DNA of 64,000 nucleotides. It comes from a virus. The stretch lies in IMG/VR virus record IMGVR_UViG_3300021962_000026; one strand, given 5' to 3'. Positions 50,201-58,794 of the stretch are shown here, one piece after another (positions within the stretch are counted from its first letter, which is position 1; each line of letters starts with the position of its first letter). Below the pieces are notes generated by a model. The model had not been told where the DNA came from and did not search any database. It saw only the letters and a list, made by a program, of their open reading frames with translations. A program made the translations under genes and the position numbers.

Positions 50201-53200
50201 GGTTAACGCTAGTAGTTGTGCCTATAGTTGTACCATTAAGTTTGTAATCACTTATTTTATGTCTATAAGATTTATTTTTCTGTAGTATTTGATCATAACC
50301 AGTGTTTTTTTCAACAAGGTTAGCATCCCATAATAGTGCAAAATATTTTGCTGGACGTTTTAGGGCTGCTAGAATTTGTACAACAAAAGGCCATTCACTG
50401 CTACGTTTCCATGCTGCTTCTACAGGCGCAGTATCGCCAATTCTCCAATCATTTGCGGTGTTTGTTTCAAAACTTCCCTGGGTCAGAAATTGTCCAGGAG
50501 GTATGAGTTTTCCTTGATCATCAACTGGGATAAGGTTTGTAAGTCCTGGTCGCTTCCATAAATCATTTGTTGTATAGGCGGAATCTTCATCTGCACTCTG
50601 AAATCTCTTACCATCTTCTAGATCCTGCCAGAGTACATAGTTACCTCGTGTATAAGGTGCTCTACCATATCGTGTGTCCCAATAACTTGGCTTTTCATAA
50701 AATCCAATCATCTCCCAGGGAGTTAAATGTGGAGTTTCAGTGTCATATAGCCAACGATATATTGCACGCCAATATCCTGGCAATCTACTATTTTTGTCTT
50801 TTGTAGTTGCATAATTATAATTCCAGGTAAATTGATTTTCAATTTGGTGCTGTGTATTTGTTATATAATCTAGTTGATTTTTGTGTGCCCAGGTAGCAAA
50901 ATACTTTCCTATTATATTATTGTCTAGTGCAAAATCAGCTAGTGTATCTCTAAAATATCCACTGGATATTTCTAATATATTAAAAACATCAGGATTGTAA
51001 TTAGTTTTAATATTGTTATAAACTCTGGTTTCGTATTCAAGTATTATACGGTCACGCAAATCTTTATAGGCTACCCAACGGCTACCATCATGACCAACTA
51101 TAACTGGAGTATAATTTTTATATTCTTCATAAGCGTCAGTGTCTATAGCGCCATGTGCCTGATTAGTTGAGGGCATATAGAATATTCTATCTGTACCTTC
51201 AAACTTATGAGGATGTGATTGGCCAGCGGAATCGGCCGCTGCTGCCGCTGCACTAGTTGTATAAAGTGGATAATACCAGCCAGTTTGTCCTTGGCTACGC
51301 TGAACATAACGACTATCACTGGTACCATAAATTTTAAATGGACCAGTACCTGAACTTGTGCCAGTCTGATAAGTGTCATCAAGGCTTATGCTTGGTTGAA
51401 ACTTTGGATATAAGCCCAGTTTAGATGGTGTAGGGGGTACAAAACTACCATTTGTATTAGCATACTCAACAATTTCTATAACATCACCTACTGCAAGATC
51501 GATCTTATCATTGAGTGTTACACTTGCTTGTACAGTATCAAAGGTATAGTCTTTGCCATAAACTAGTTGAGTCTTTTTTCCATCCTCGTTTAGATATACT
51601 AGGACACCCTGGCTACTAACACTTGTTAAATCAAATTGTGTAGTAAACTCAAATGTTCTTTCTGTAGTTTGGTCAAGAGTAATATTAGTTACAGTTTTTT
51701 CACTTCCCCAAGGTAGCATATCTGTATAGTAAAATGGGAAATCACTGCTTTTACTGCCAACCATAAAAGTTAAGATTGTATCAAGAGCCCCGCTTGGATT
51801 TCTGAGATCTATATCTAGTTTGTCCAGATTATCTAAGAGCCTGTTTTTGAATCGTGTGTATTCCTCTAATGAATACTTCATGCTGCTAACAAATAGATTA
51901 TCATCCATTGTTAACAAGTAGTGAGCCAGGGTACCACCTGCACTATGTTGTAGGATTTTACCACTGTAATTTTTGTAAGTTAAGTCTCTAGCATTGTTGG
52001 AACCTAAACTTTTCCCAGTAAATCCAGCAATGTTTCTTGTTATCTCAATAAAATGGTTTCTGCATTGACCTAGTGTTAGTGTCTCAAAATCTGCATTATT
52101 AGCATTGTTCTCTAGGTTACTGGCAACTTCATAAAATCCCAGTGGGTTTACAGTGTCACTGTATACTCTTATAAGAACAACATCATCTGTTGCCAAAGCA
52201 CTGTTAAATGTAACATAGAATTTGTCGTTTTGTGCTAACTGACTATATTTGTCTGCTGTTTGGAATGTACCATTTACAAATACTTGTAGTGTGACATCTC
52301 CAATTATTTCCTTGGGCTCACTGCCAATTTCAAAAACATATTTTTCTGAATCGACGATGTGCTGTATTTGCTGCCACTGTCTACTTTCATGTTTTACTTT
52401 AGTCCAACCATTATGTAAAGTTCTGGTTGTTCCGTTATATTTGTGGGCGTGCCCGCTTTTTATAATGACATTTACACTGCCTGTACTACTGGTGTACTGG
52501 AATTTGTCAGTTATGTAGTTGTTTTCAAAAACAATGTCACCAACATTAGCAATGTTTTTGTAAGTTAGACCAAAACCTAGGATTGTGTCAGCACTTGCAT
52601 TATTATTTCTTTTGTAACTAAAAAGTTTATTGCCAGTAAAGTTTGTGCTGGCATATTTTGTTGTGTCACCAAAACTTACATGATCGCCATCAAATACATC
52701 AAATAATGGTTCTTGATTTAACTTAGTCTTTTGTTGCGCTAGTTTCCAGATATTATTGCCTGCGCTGTCCGTTGTATAGTAAAATACTTTACCCTGGTTA
52801 GTCGAACCTAGACTACTTAAAACGCTATCATTGATACTAACTGTATCAATTTTTACAAGGTTAATAATTGGAGCAGTAGCAATGTTAGCATCCTGATCTA
52901 TATGATCTACACGATAAATGTTTTGACGGATATCAGGATCTGCACTAAAGATAATCGTAACACCAGGTGTTAACTCTATTCCGTCACTATAGTAACCTAG
53001 TGTGCCATTAACATTACTGAAAGCATCAGTTTGTACAGTATCAATAACTGTGACTGGTGTTTTGCTCGTTATGCCCATGTTAAACAATTTTAGGCCACTG
53101 TCAAATTCTATAATAGGACGTTTTGCTCTTGCCGCATCATCAATAATTGTATTAAAATTATTATAACTTGCAGTAGCAGTAATTACATTACGGTGGAACC

Positions 53201-54830
53201 AACGATTACCGCGGCTCCATGCATTGTTATCACCACTGCTACGATTTATAACAATATAATCTTGATTTACAGGACTATTAAGAGTGGATTCAAAATTGCC
53301 CTCATCATATAATGTACTATCATAAGGAAGATTCGCACTCTTTACATAACTTTCTGGTGTTACTAAATCATCTACAGCAACTAATTTTATAGCAGATCCC
53401 ACTCCCTCAACATAATACCTATTATTTTGATATAATGCCGGAGTTACACTGGTGTCAAACTCTACCTTAAGACCGTTTGTAAATGCTACACCGTTAGGGC
53501 TAGTATAAGTCTCTCTACCTAGAACATCATTTACAAGGTCTATAGTAGAACTTGCACCTTGATCAACAAGTATAATTTTACCGTTGCGATTAACATCTGC
53601 ACCGTCCTGATAAAAAAGTTCACTTTGACCAGCAGTTATATTAGGAATTAATCTTAAGAAACCTTCTGGATCTTTATAAAATTCTCTACTACCATATGCA
53701 GTACCCTGACTGACATAAACTTTGTTTCCCTGCGTAATACTTTGAATAAGGCTTAACTGAATTGTGTCTACACCATCTACTGCATTCACATCTAAACGGA
53801 ACACACTGTAGCGTTGTTCATGTGTTAGAGCAGTAACAGGATCAAATGTTCCGGCACTGCCCTCTACAGTACCGCTATCATAGCCTTCAGCGTCAAAATT
53901 TGCACCCTGGTTCCAACGAGTCTCGTCCAGGGTATCGTTTATCATAATTATATCTTTGCCATCGAGTTGTGTAAGATTGTCTATGCCCGTTGGATATGAT
54001 GCAAGAAAAGCACTTAGTGTTTGGTTATGCAACTCACTGTATGTTAGTTCTGTTGCTAAGTCAACTACTGCATCAGTAGTCATATCTGTAAAGTTACTCT
54101 GAGCGTCTGCTAGTGGAACTCTAAATGTTACTGTGCCAGCGTCTTCGCCATTGTTAATTACTCCTAGCACTTCTCTTGTACTAATATTTTTCTGTTGGCT
54201 ATCTATTCCTGACAAGCCACGCTCTGTTTGAATCCAAAAAGGAATGCCAGGTTGATCTACTCTAAAAGTATATTCACCTCCTCTAGCAAGATAAAGAGTA
54301 GGATTAACACTAGCAGTTGCACTGTCAAATCTGTATACAGTTTCACTTGCTGATCTAAGTACGGTATAATCTTGAGTAGAATCTACTGTGCCAGCAAAAA
54401 CATTAACAGCGTCTGGACCTGAGGGTAACCAAAAATACTCACCGTAGTTAATTAATTTGTCAAAGTCAATAAAACTACTCCAATTATAAAATTCTTGTCT
54501 GTATAGTTTGTCCTGATTGGCTGTTTGTCCGTTATTGTAATTAATTGTGTTTAAAGCATCAATAATACTACTAACACTCTTGATGTCACCTGTACTATCC
54601 TGATAAACTACACCAGGCTCTAGCTGATAATTTTGTCTTGTGTTATTAATTTCAGTAAGGTATGTGTCTTTACTAGTAAAGTTTTCAGCATTTTTTCTAC
54701 CAATAAATCCACTGAATTTTCTTTTTGTTTCCTCACTGATCAATTGATCAAGTGTGGCATTTAAAAACTTAGTGTTTTTAGAGGTTCTAAAAACTTCAGG
54801 TAAAAGTATACTACTTTTTCTCACGGCCAT
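41259..54830 (-). CDS. giant (4523 aa) baseplate wedge protein (gp7-like) with FG-GAP propeller
   Basis: Directly downstream of the gp6-like gene; several FG.S.A...VGAP repeats at about 45990-48000; NEVKPYHT motif; FTGDNSTTAF-type Ig-like repeats. Confidence 0.7.
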   Translation of the reverse strand: MAVRKSSILLPEVFRTSKNTKFLNATLDQLISEETKRKFSGFIGRKNAENFTSKDTYLTEINNTRQNYQLEPGVVYQDSTGDIKSVSSIIDALNTINYNNGQTANQDKLYRQEFYNWSSFIDFDKLINYGEYFWLPSGPDAVNVFAGTVDSTQDYTVLRSASETVYRFDSATASVNPTLYLARGGEYTFRVDQPGIPFWIQTERGLSGIDSQQKNISTREVLGVINNGEDAGTVTFRVPLADAQSNFTDMTTDAVVDLATELTYSELHNQTLSAFLASYPTGIDNLTQLDGKDIIMINDTLDETRWNQGANFDAEGYDSGTVEGSAGTFDPVTALTHEQRYSVFRLDVNAVDGVDTIQLSLIQSITQGNKVYVSQGTAYGSREFYKDPEGFLRLIPNITAGQSELFYQDGADVNRNGKIILVDQGASSTIDLVNDVLGRETYTSPNGVAFTNGLKVEFDTSVTPALYQNNRYYVEGVGSAIKLVAVDDLVTPESYVKSANLPYDSTLYDEGNFESTLNSPVNQDYIVINRSSGDNNAWSRGNRWFHRNVITATASYNNFNTIIDDAARAKRPIIEFDSGLKLFNMGITSKTPVTVIDTVQTDAFSNVNGTLGYYSDGIELTPGVTIIFSADPDIRQNIYRVDHIDQDANIATAPIINLVKIDTVSINDSVLSSLGSTNQGKVFYYTTDSAGNNIWKLAQQKTKLNQEPLFDVFDGDHVSFGDTTKYASTNFTGNKLFSYKRNNNASADTILGFGLTYKNIANVGDIVFENNYITDKFQYTSSTGSVNVIIKSGHAHKYNGTTRTLHNGWTKVKHESRQWQQIQHIVDSEKYVFEIGSEPKEIIGDVTLQVFVNGTFQTADKYSQLAQNDKFYVTFNSALATDDVVLIRVYSDTVNPLGFYEVASNLENNANNADFETLTLGQCRNHFIEITRNIAGFTGKSLGSNNARDLTYKNYSGKILQHSAGGTLAHYLLTMDDNLFVSSMKYSLEEYTRFKNRLLDNLDKLDIDLRNPSGALDTILTFMVGSKSSDFPFYYTDMLPWGSEKTVTNITLDQTTERTFEFTTQFDLTSVSSQGVLVYLNEDGKKTQLVYGKDYTFDTVQASVTLNDKIDLAVGDVIEIVEYANTNGSFVPPTPSKLGLYPKFQPSISLDDTYQTGTSSGTGPFKIYGTSDSRYVQRSQGQTGWYYPLYTTSAAAAAADSAGQSHPHKFEGTDRIFYMPSTNQAHGAIDTDAYEEYKNYTPVIVGHDGSRWVAYKDLRDRIILEYETRVYNNIKTNYNPDVFNILEISSGYFRDTLADFALDNNIIGKYFATWAHKNQLDYITNTQHQIENQFTWNYNYATTKDKNSRLPGYWRAIYRWLYDTETPHLTPWEMIGFYEKPSYWDTRYGRAPYTRGNYVLWQDLEDGKRFQSADEDSAYTTNDLWKRPGLTNLIPVDDQGKLIPPGQFLTQGSFETNTANDWRIGDTAPVEAAWKRSSEWPFVVQILAALKRPAKYFALLWDANLVEKNTGYDQILQKNKSYRHKISDYKLNGTTIGTTTSVNRVEGYNQFLESYLKFKSLSIGDLQTRVQNLQLKLVHPIAGYTNLAECKLIIESTTPSSTSNNIFVPDENLNLYLNKSTPLERITYSGVNVTKRVNGYEVTGFDTDNPFFKIIPSLKSPNNITVTVGNTTTVVYQDSQKFISNIPYGTIIPTKQQLCDFMVAYQRYLVAKGFIFEDKNSNDETKDFALAIKEFLLWDQQGWPVNSVIGISPANNEIRVNRPFTTIDNLAKTGNIKNPSNKALRATEYNVSRIDNLSVVTVNADTNQIYSAQLDPIQYEHYLVVDNTTIFNDVIYQPELGNRQARIKFVGFKSNPWNGTLHSPGFINNANKFDVWVENTDYKKGDIVNHNKKLYAAVDNHTGETKFNFNNWRPVTDMKTGLLPNITQKADRFTDFYDFDKSNLESSTDKAAKGQIGFRPRDYLDQLGLDDVSQVKFYQGMVRNKGTKNVIDRLTTAELTNLNQEIEVFEEWGFRAGAFGSIDSNQVIELIVDEARAQENQVTVELLNAGDTGSGLGLAYYSGDLLKIPNKYDKNIFNTRTSNVKKTDIIGAGHVRIDDADLTVFDLENNLDQITANIATIGRGTTIWNAKGNLDWDIYRVTEINAEIISLNQSGTGFITYTTNRTHTLVKDDYIVIKSADQIIGGAKQVHSTYGSTQFTIRVDDDVEIDEITGLVIAIYKLTSSRFANTSNIATFTPPYGWQENELAWVDYDENQNWATFKKSTPWNYKNVSYNIESVGDSKFGTSLAITDDSLSLFVGSPEQSVGVVYPYSRDSNGVFNPGTSIVAQDIRTSIDAYGFAVAAGTEWLAVGAPSSESSIGYVFMYKRDYTGVFTNLTQSIRLPSPGAAAKFGYSVSISKDDRYLFVGAPGENKVHIYTLVEVASSKVTSQTFTGDNSTTAFTLDTAADNSYQLYIKDGNGKEYLPFKDWTVSGTTLTFTTAPAASLSLVVRRQSYFNYSGSVTGSSTLSGDQFGFSLDVDTTGETLIVGAPYSDVDGKTDAGSAYMFHHIVERFTGNGTSHEFTATTTLPDNFYIEVDGVKQSLATGSFGGFDSDSSENRYTVVGNTISFRYIPALGTNIRVYTGSFVEMQIFTQQDAIVSGETPQDNENFGYSVALDAYGAIATVGSPGEDETNPNTGSVFVFIDEGLRFGEVTTTSTNKSTFTTQFDSISVDDFEVTMSFNTSADPARFATPINTSTDLVNINATLTTNGQVKITSTSTVPNKKLKVRPGVGTTFRALAEVRPFKFAQKINHPFAGENENFGRVVEMDKFIPVDGAGKQRLVISSDRATTLLPAEFDIDTNTSSVTYDEPLTTFDANSTKFIDKVSQSGAAYVYDLLDSSNTISNPQSSANPPKFAFGQQLRSINIGTLDEFGGSVAINAGRIFVGSPADDIWLSNAGSFYLFENTNNTDTWNKYRVQTPKVDIDVINRIVTYDKTTNEIQDFIDTVDIYKNKLPGIAQGELDYILPIDPAVYNVSTIQDQVTYAENNNWNDEKVGRLWWDLSTCRVIEYEQGDLEYRSQHWNQFFPGSSIDIYEWTESTVPPSLHVASGLPGTPKHTDDSAYSVSLQYNSITNTSVTRYYYWVTGLTTFPNDERRQISTEGVRQLIENPMSTGTKYISIIDKNAFVMNNMSNSWADRNTVLSINYDVVKNEGIVHSEFELVSEGDDAQILPANIKAKLIDSLAGADKTGAVVPDATLSAGERYGIAIRPRQTMFVNRQAALKTFVNYCNNIFASRPIARQFVLTSLFASDPQPSSLTYDKKVPNVETRDFLAVLTLPAGYKVLVEKDETNNDNWSLYTLQIATDNTRTWNLTRVQGYNTARYWDYVTWYATGFDNTTIPKYTVSTEPDLLTLTSAASGDIAKVLSNDDGNFSLFQYNGTIWTEVIIEKGTIKILDTVYDFNNIETGSFIGFDTGVFEFANFDRVPHQEVRTIATAVFNEIFTGELALNANILFFRMVEYALHEVNVGNPDWLLKTSFIRVLHKIRDLDQYPTYQLDNSTFVEEYINEVKPYHTTIREYVAKYDGVDNWNGDVTDFDLHSFYDSSLEYFRKPSGDYGGDEITRTQGLNQPWSQNYTYYVDSIVIVSAGTGFLDNPVLTISAPDVAGGTQATAIAVTNGSGIVRVTMTNKGSGYTKNPTITITGQGTGLKLSPRLKNDQVREFDTTLKFDRITYSTTVKDWAASTTYANNDLVAYYNTTTKIQEVYQVNKVGGFTTGTTFSVEDTTGATVLVPYADENLTSAADRIGAYYVPSVGMIGDDLELLQPGTGYLANKVSGLGFDKEPGFDSSQWDVGAFDDFEIDTDGLTTVSGLDTVIKSTFSDLALGTRPEDIDVDGGKFVDVYNSHAPEEFVPGIVFDNLDMEVYTDPSDDFLGDGNSFKTVSRTYIADGLNNKFSYGSQTRKELVDYLVVYQGSTRIFNFTVDYEYRTISFASTPVSGTNIRIYGYGVTGEKLTHEEVIIGDGSTLQFTLGLEYRRFTQLIVLVDGVPTDVTTSQQNLVVNLTFYSAPSDGAVIHVLVSNRSEDKPAFTYGQTQEITLTSGTYIYNLDQAFDDDFANPLTGNIIVELGTERLRPANSEYYTLDGSTLSYLVPHTAQETAVNTSTGDISVTRLDKTNNVTQNLAYIQDYTITETVDATSTAVYQVNLLSAYNSGDTLIVSVENRNEFYIDAGDLRIDPSVSFVTGDKVYVTSFNNHDPLRIQTKVFIGQGSELVASIDEFDEVGYDSGDFDAEALTGLALNKYTLDRTPTSGNNLWVTLDGIRLHAGEFTIDNNGRIDLSSQIVNANSEIIVTHFSENKIEPTIGYRMVNDMLGNYEYFRLCNDGQTQLSQDLLAGDTKIYVEDARKLPLANPTGDKPGVIYVGNERITYWEISYEDNYVTNIRRSTMGTRWAPTHLKGTQVYDTTDNQRLPATDTHTKTWYTVGNSSAADGNGLQSSVSVNAAFLKACEAALPNFIAENNSPKYIEDGYVDPGYVEELEL

Positions 54831-57800
54831 TAGTAACTATAACCTCCTGCACCAGTAATTCTTGTAGTACTTCCGCCTACACTTATATTAGTAGTTGTTT
54901 CCACAACTGTGTTAGCACTGCCAGTAGATACACTTTCAACTCTAGAAATGTCAGCAGTTGAATTAATGACTGCACCACTTGCTTGTAGTTGAGCAGCAGT
55001 AATAACATCAATTATTTGTACATCGTTTACTGTTGCAGCACTAATAAAAATTTCGTCTCTACTACTTGCAATTTGATATAAACTACCAAAACCACTTGTG
55101 CTATTTTTAGGAACAATAATTATACTTAATACATCTGGAGATAGTGTATTGTGTAGATAGGCACTAAGTTCACTAAAATAGAAAGTGTCACCAAAGTCCC
55201 AGTTATCTAGAGAAAAGTAATTGTTAATTGCTTCTACTACTCTTGCTTTAATTTCATTATCACTTACAAGTGTGCTAGTGTTTTTAACAATTTTAAAGTT
55301 TGCTTGCAATTCTGCGTCTGCCTTGTCGCCAAATAATGGTCTGTAGTTTACGCTATTGAAAATAATAGCATCACTTACACTCTTGTAAGTTTCCAAACTT
55401 CCATAACTATCTCTTAATTCGTTAGTGCTAGGTTTTACTGGTTTGGTTACACTACCAGTAATATCAGTAACATAATTGCGATAGTCTGTGTCATACTGTC
55501 GTGTTAACAAATACAAATCAATAATGTTGCTTGGTGCAGGATCAATGCGTCTATTATTAGGTGCATTGTGAGTATACTGGAATAGTATATTAGATCTGCC
55601 TACCTTTGTAATATATTCCGTTGTTTCTGTTAAAACTTTTGTGTTAGCACTGTTAACACTTAGGATATAAAATTTTCCAGTTGAACTGGTATAAAAAACT
55701 TGTCCAGCACTATAGGTTTCTTTAACTGCGTTTGCCGCAGTTAGTGTAGTATAATAACTTTCTACTAACGTATTAGAAACAGGCTCAAGTCTAGTATAAC
55801 CATAATTGTCAAGGAAAGTTTTGTAAAACACTATTTTGGAGGCACTGTTAACATTTGGTCCAACTACTTTGTCAAAAACATCAGGATCATCAATAGCGTT
55901 ATCGCTGTCTTGATCCGGAAAAGTAATTTTTATACGTTCTGTTAGTACAAAACCGTCTGCTTCTACAACAGTATCATCTACATGCATTACATAGTTTTGT
56001 GCAAAGGGACTATTACTATCTGGCAAACTGTTAACTTTGAGCATAACAATTTTATCACGGATAGTTTTGCCAGTACGTGGATCAAAAATCTTTAAGTCTT
56101 TATCAAAATAAAAACGGGTTTCTAAATAACTTTCAAAAATGTAATCTAATTGTCTGTATTTTACAGTATATGTTTCGCCGTCGTTGGTTAACAGGAAGTA
56201 CCAACTAGCATCTAAATTGTTACCTGAAGTATCTCCAGCATACTGTGTGCTAAAGGCAGTGGATTGGTTAAGGTTAACGCTGTTAATAACAGTCCAGGCC
56301 TGTGTATCCTGATCATAGCGTATACCCAATGTTTTATAATCACCTATATCTGCTATTAATGCCTGCCTAACTGCACTGGTTAAACTTGTATTCCAGGGAA
56401 TAATAATTGTATCTAATTCTGCTAGGTCAGGTATAACTTCAGTAAGTGTAACAGGACCCAAGCCACTATCCAAATTACCAGTTCCCTGATTTGTGCCATC
56501 CTCAACTAGGTTACTACAAGTTGTCCACAAATATGTTTTAGTGTTTAAATCGCCGGCGCTGCCTACTATAAGATTGTTGTTAACATCGAACACATATCCA
56601 GTGGGTGCATTAAATTTTATTAAACTACCTTCCTTAAAGTATTTCATGTTACTACTTGTAAAAGTAGATACTTGTTGTGGGTTTCCACTGCTATTTTTAA
56701 AGTAACCAGTACATACGCCAGTACCTATAGTTGATTGTTCCCAGGTAATACTTAATCCACTTACATCTATTCTTGGTTGTTTATCCAAGAAATAATGTAA
56801 CATGCTTTTACCCTGTATAATTCGTTCAAATTGTGTACTTATTACATTACTAATATCACTGTCTGTAATAAAGTCAAATGTAAAGGTAGGAAGCAATGAA
56901 TCTTTGTAAATTATTCCGTCTTCTGCAAAAATGTTTGTGCTAGAATATTTTCCTGTAGTATCTCTAACATCCAAATATCTACTAATACCACTGCTTGTAC
57001 GGTTAACTGCCTTACTCTTTACTACACTGTTAAAACTTGTAAATGGTAAAATCTGATAATCTTCGCCAGTTACCATACGATCCTGAGTATAATATTGCTG
57101 TTGTGCTCTTGCTTTAATGTCGTTTAGGTTTTCTCTAGCAATAGCATTAGCAACAGTTTGTTTTAAACTCATGTTAAGAGTTAGTGTTTCAACCTGTGCA
57201 CTATGGCTCAAATAGGGCAATGTAATTGTTACATTGTTCATATCCTGTGGACTTATTTTATATGTGAAGCCATTTCCTGTTCTAAAGTAACATCTGTAGT
57301 TGCCTTGTGGAATATCACTAAATACACCGTCGCCAAATACAAGGCTTATTCTGTCGCCTGCACGGCTTTGTACATTGTACAAACTCTTGATGTTTTTACT
57401 TAAACTATTAAAGATAACATTATTACCACTAATAGCAGGAACTTTTGTCCATAGTGTTTGCTCATTGCCATTACTGTCTAGTTCATACAACCAAATATCA
57501 TTATTGTCAACACCAGCAACATCTATTTCTACAACACGATTTGGTAATGCTTCATCAATACTAAAGTCTACAGTCTGTAGATTGCCCTGTTTAAAGTAAA
57601 AGAAGTAACCAGTATTGTTACTGTTAAAACCACGTGCATCGTTTTTGTAAATTGTATTAAGTGTGCTACCTGGCTTTGGTGGAACTTCATACAAAAAGTC
57701 TGTTCCACTATAAGTTCCATTAACAATTTCAAAGTTAAATGTCTGGCCGCCTACAGTATTTGAATAATCAAAAATACCCACTGTGTTGGGTATAGTGCTT

Positions 57801-58366
57801 AAATTATATTCTTCAATTTTAATGCCGCCAACTGTAGTTCTTAAACTAGGAGCACCAAAACGCTGTGTCTTTACAGTTGCACTGTTCATTACAGTTGTAA
57901 ACTGCTCTAGGAAGTCTGGGTTTGTTTCGTCTGCCCAAAAAATTTCTGTATTAGCAAGGTTATTGCCATTACTATCAAATATGTTTTCTGTTGTTTGAAC
58001 ACTGTCTACTTTCAACATACCTCGAGCAATTTGTGCTCGTTTGGGTGTATAGTTAAGCATTCTAGCAAGGCGGAGAATACTATCTCTTCGCTCTGCTGTT
58101 TCTAAAAAGTTTTCTCTAGCATTTAAATCTGATCTGAAGCTAAGGCTTTGTGCAATATATGCAATAAGATCTATGAGCGCAACATACTCTGAACTTTCAA
58201 TAAAATCGTTAAAGTCTTCAGGGTAGAACTCTCTGAGATAATCCACCATTGCTTTACGGATAGTCTGAAAGTCATAGCTCTGAAAGTCTATTTCTTTAAA
58301 ACTTTCATAGACTTTTGTCCAGTCTTCCGTAGCAAATAAGTTACTTGATCGTGTTGTATGCGCCAT
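54830..58366 (-). CDS. baseplate wedge protein (T4 gp6-like)
   Basis: YDFQTIR...ENFLETAERRDSILRLARMLNYTP; LVFGDG; QDRMVTGEDY. Confidence 0.85.
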   Translation of the reverse strand: MAHTTRSSNLFATEDWTKVYESFKEIDFQSYDFQTIRKAMVDYLREFYPEDFNDFIESSEYVALIDLIAYIAQSLSFRSDLNARENFLETAERRDSILRLARMLNYTPKRAQIARGMLKVDSVQTTENIFDSNGNNLANTEIFWADETNPDFLEQFTTVMNSATVKTQRFGAPSLRTTVGGIKIEEYNLSTIPNTVGIFDYSNTVGGQTFNFEIVNGTYSGTDFLYEVPPKPGSTLNTIYKNDARGFNSNNTGYFFYFKQGNLQTVDFSIDEALPNRVVEIDVAGVDNNDIWLYELDSNGNEQTLWTKVPAISGNNVIFNSLSKNIKSLYNVQSRAGDRISLVFGDGVFSDIPQGNYRCYFRTGNGFTYKISPQDMNNVTITLPYLSHSAQVETLTLNMSLKQTVANAIARENLNDIKARAQQQYYTQDRMVTGEDYQILPFTSFNSVVKSKAVNRTSSGISRYLDVRDTTGKYSSTNIFAEDGIIYKDSLLPTFTFDFITDSDISNVISTQFERIIQGKSMLHYFLDKQPRIDVSGLSITWEQSTIGTGVCTGYFKNSSGNPQQVSTFTSSNMKYFKEGSLIKFNAPTGYVFDVNNNLIVGSAGDLNTKTYLWTTCSNLVEDGTNQGTGNLDSGLGPVTLTEVIPDLAELDTIIIPWNTSLTSAVRQALIADIGDYKTLGIRYDQDTQAWTVINSVNLNQSTAFSTQYAGDTSGNNLDASWYFLLTNDGETYTVKYRQLDYIFESYLETRFYFDKDLKIFDPRTGKTIRDKIVMLKVNSLPDSNSPFAQNYVMHVDDTVVEADGFVLTERIKITFPDQDSDNAIDDPDVFDKVVGPNVNSASKIVFYKTFLDNYGYTRLEPVSNTLVESYYTTLTAANAVKETYSAGQVFYTSSTGKFYILSVNSANTKVLTETTEYITKVGRSNILFQYTHNAPNNRRIDPAPSNIIDLYLLTRQYDTDYRNYVTDITGSVTKPVKPSTNELRDSYGSLETYKSVSDAIIFNSVNYRPLFGDKADAELQANFKIVKNTSTLVSDNEIKARVVEAINNYFSLDNWDFGDTFYFSELSAYLHNTLSPDVLSIIIVPKNSTSGFGSLYQIASSRDEIFISAATVNDVQIIDVITAAQLQASGAVINSTADISRVESVSTGSANTVVETTTNISVGGSTTRITGAGGYSY

Positions 58367-58384
58367 AAATGTAAACCTTTTTAG

Positions 58385-58392
58385 TATTTATG
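58385..58392 (-). promoter_or_regulatory. late promoter (NATAAATA)
   Basis: CATAAATA about 19 nt upstream of the gp6-like start. Confidence 0.55.
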
Positions 58393-58412
58393 AGTTATTT
58401 TATATGGGCATA

Positions 58413-58784
58413 TTAAGTAACAGTACCATCTTGTCTGTTAAAATTAATTAATAGGTTTTCGACCTGATTTGTTTTTACATACAATAACTCTATTTGGCAC
58501 TGTATTCCATGTTCATATTCTACTAATACAAGGTTTTTAAGTGCTACTCTAGGATCGCTTTTTATAGTGGTAGTAACTTCCTCAATTAATAAATTCTTTA
58601 CTTCTTCAGTAAGGGGTTCCATTACCAAATCCATAACACTACTTCCGTAAGCAGGATTCATAATTTTTTCACCCTTGCGTATTGCAAAACTGTTAAGTAG
58701 ATCTCTTTTAATAAGGTCACTGTCTACTAAGCGGGAATTTTTAAACTCACCTTCTAATGTGCTAAAGCCACGATATAAACTCAT
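58413..58784 (-). CDS. baseplate wedge subunit (T4 gp25-like)
   Basis: LIKRDLLN...RKGEKIMNPAYGS...EPLT...DPRV. Confidence 0.9.
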   Translation of the reverse strand: MSLYRGFSTLEGEFKNSRLVDSDLIKRDLLNSFAIRKGEKIMNPAYGSSVMDLVMEPLTEEVKNLLIEEVTTTIKSDPRVALKNLVLVEYEHGIQCQIELLYVKTNQVENLLINFNRQDGTVT

Positions 58785-58794
58785 CTCTATCCTC

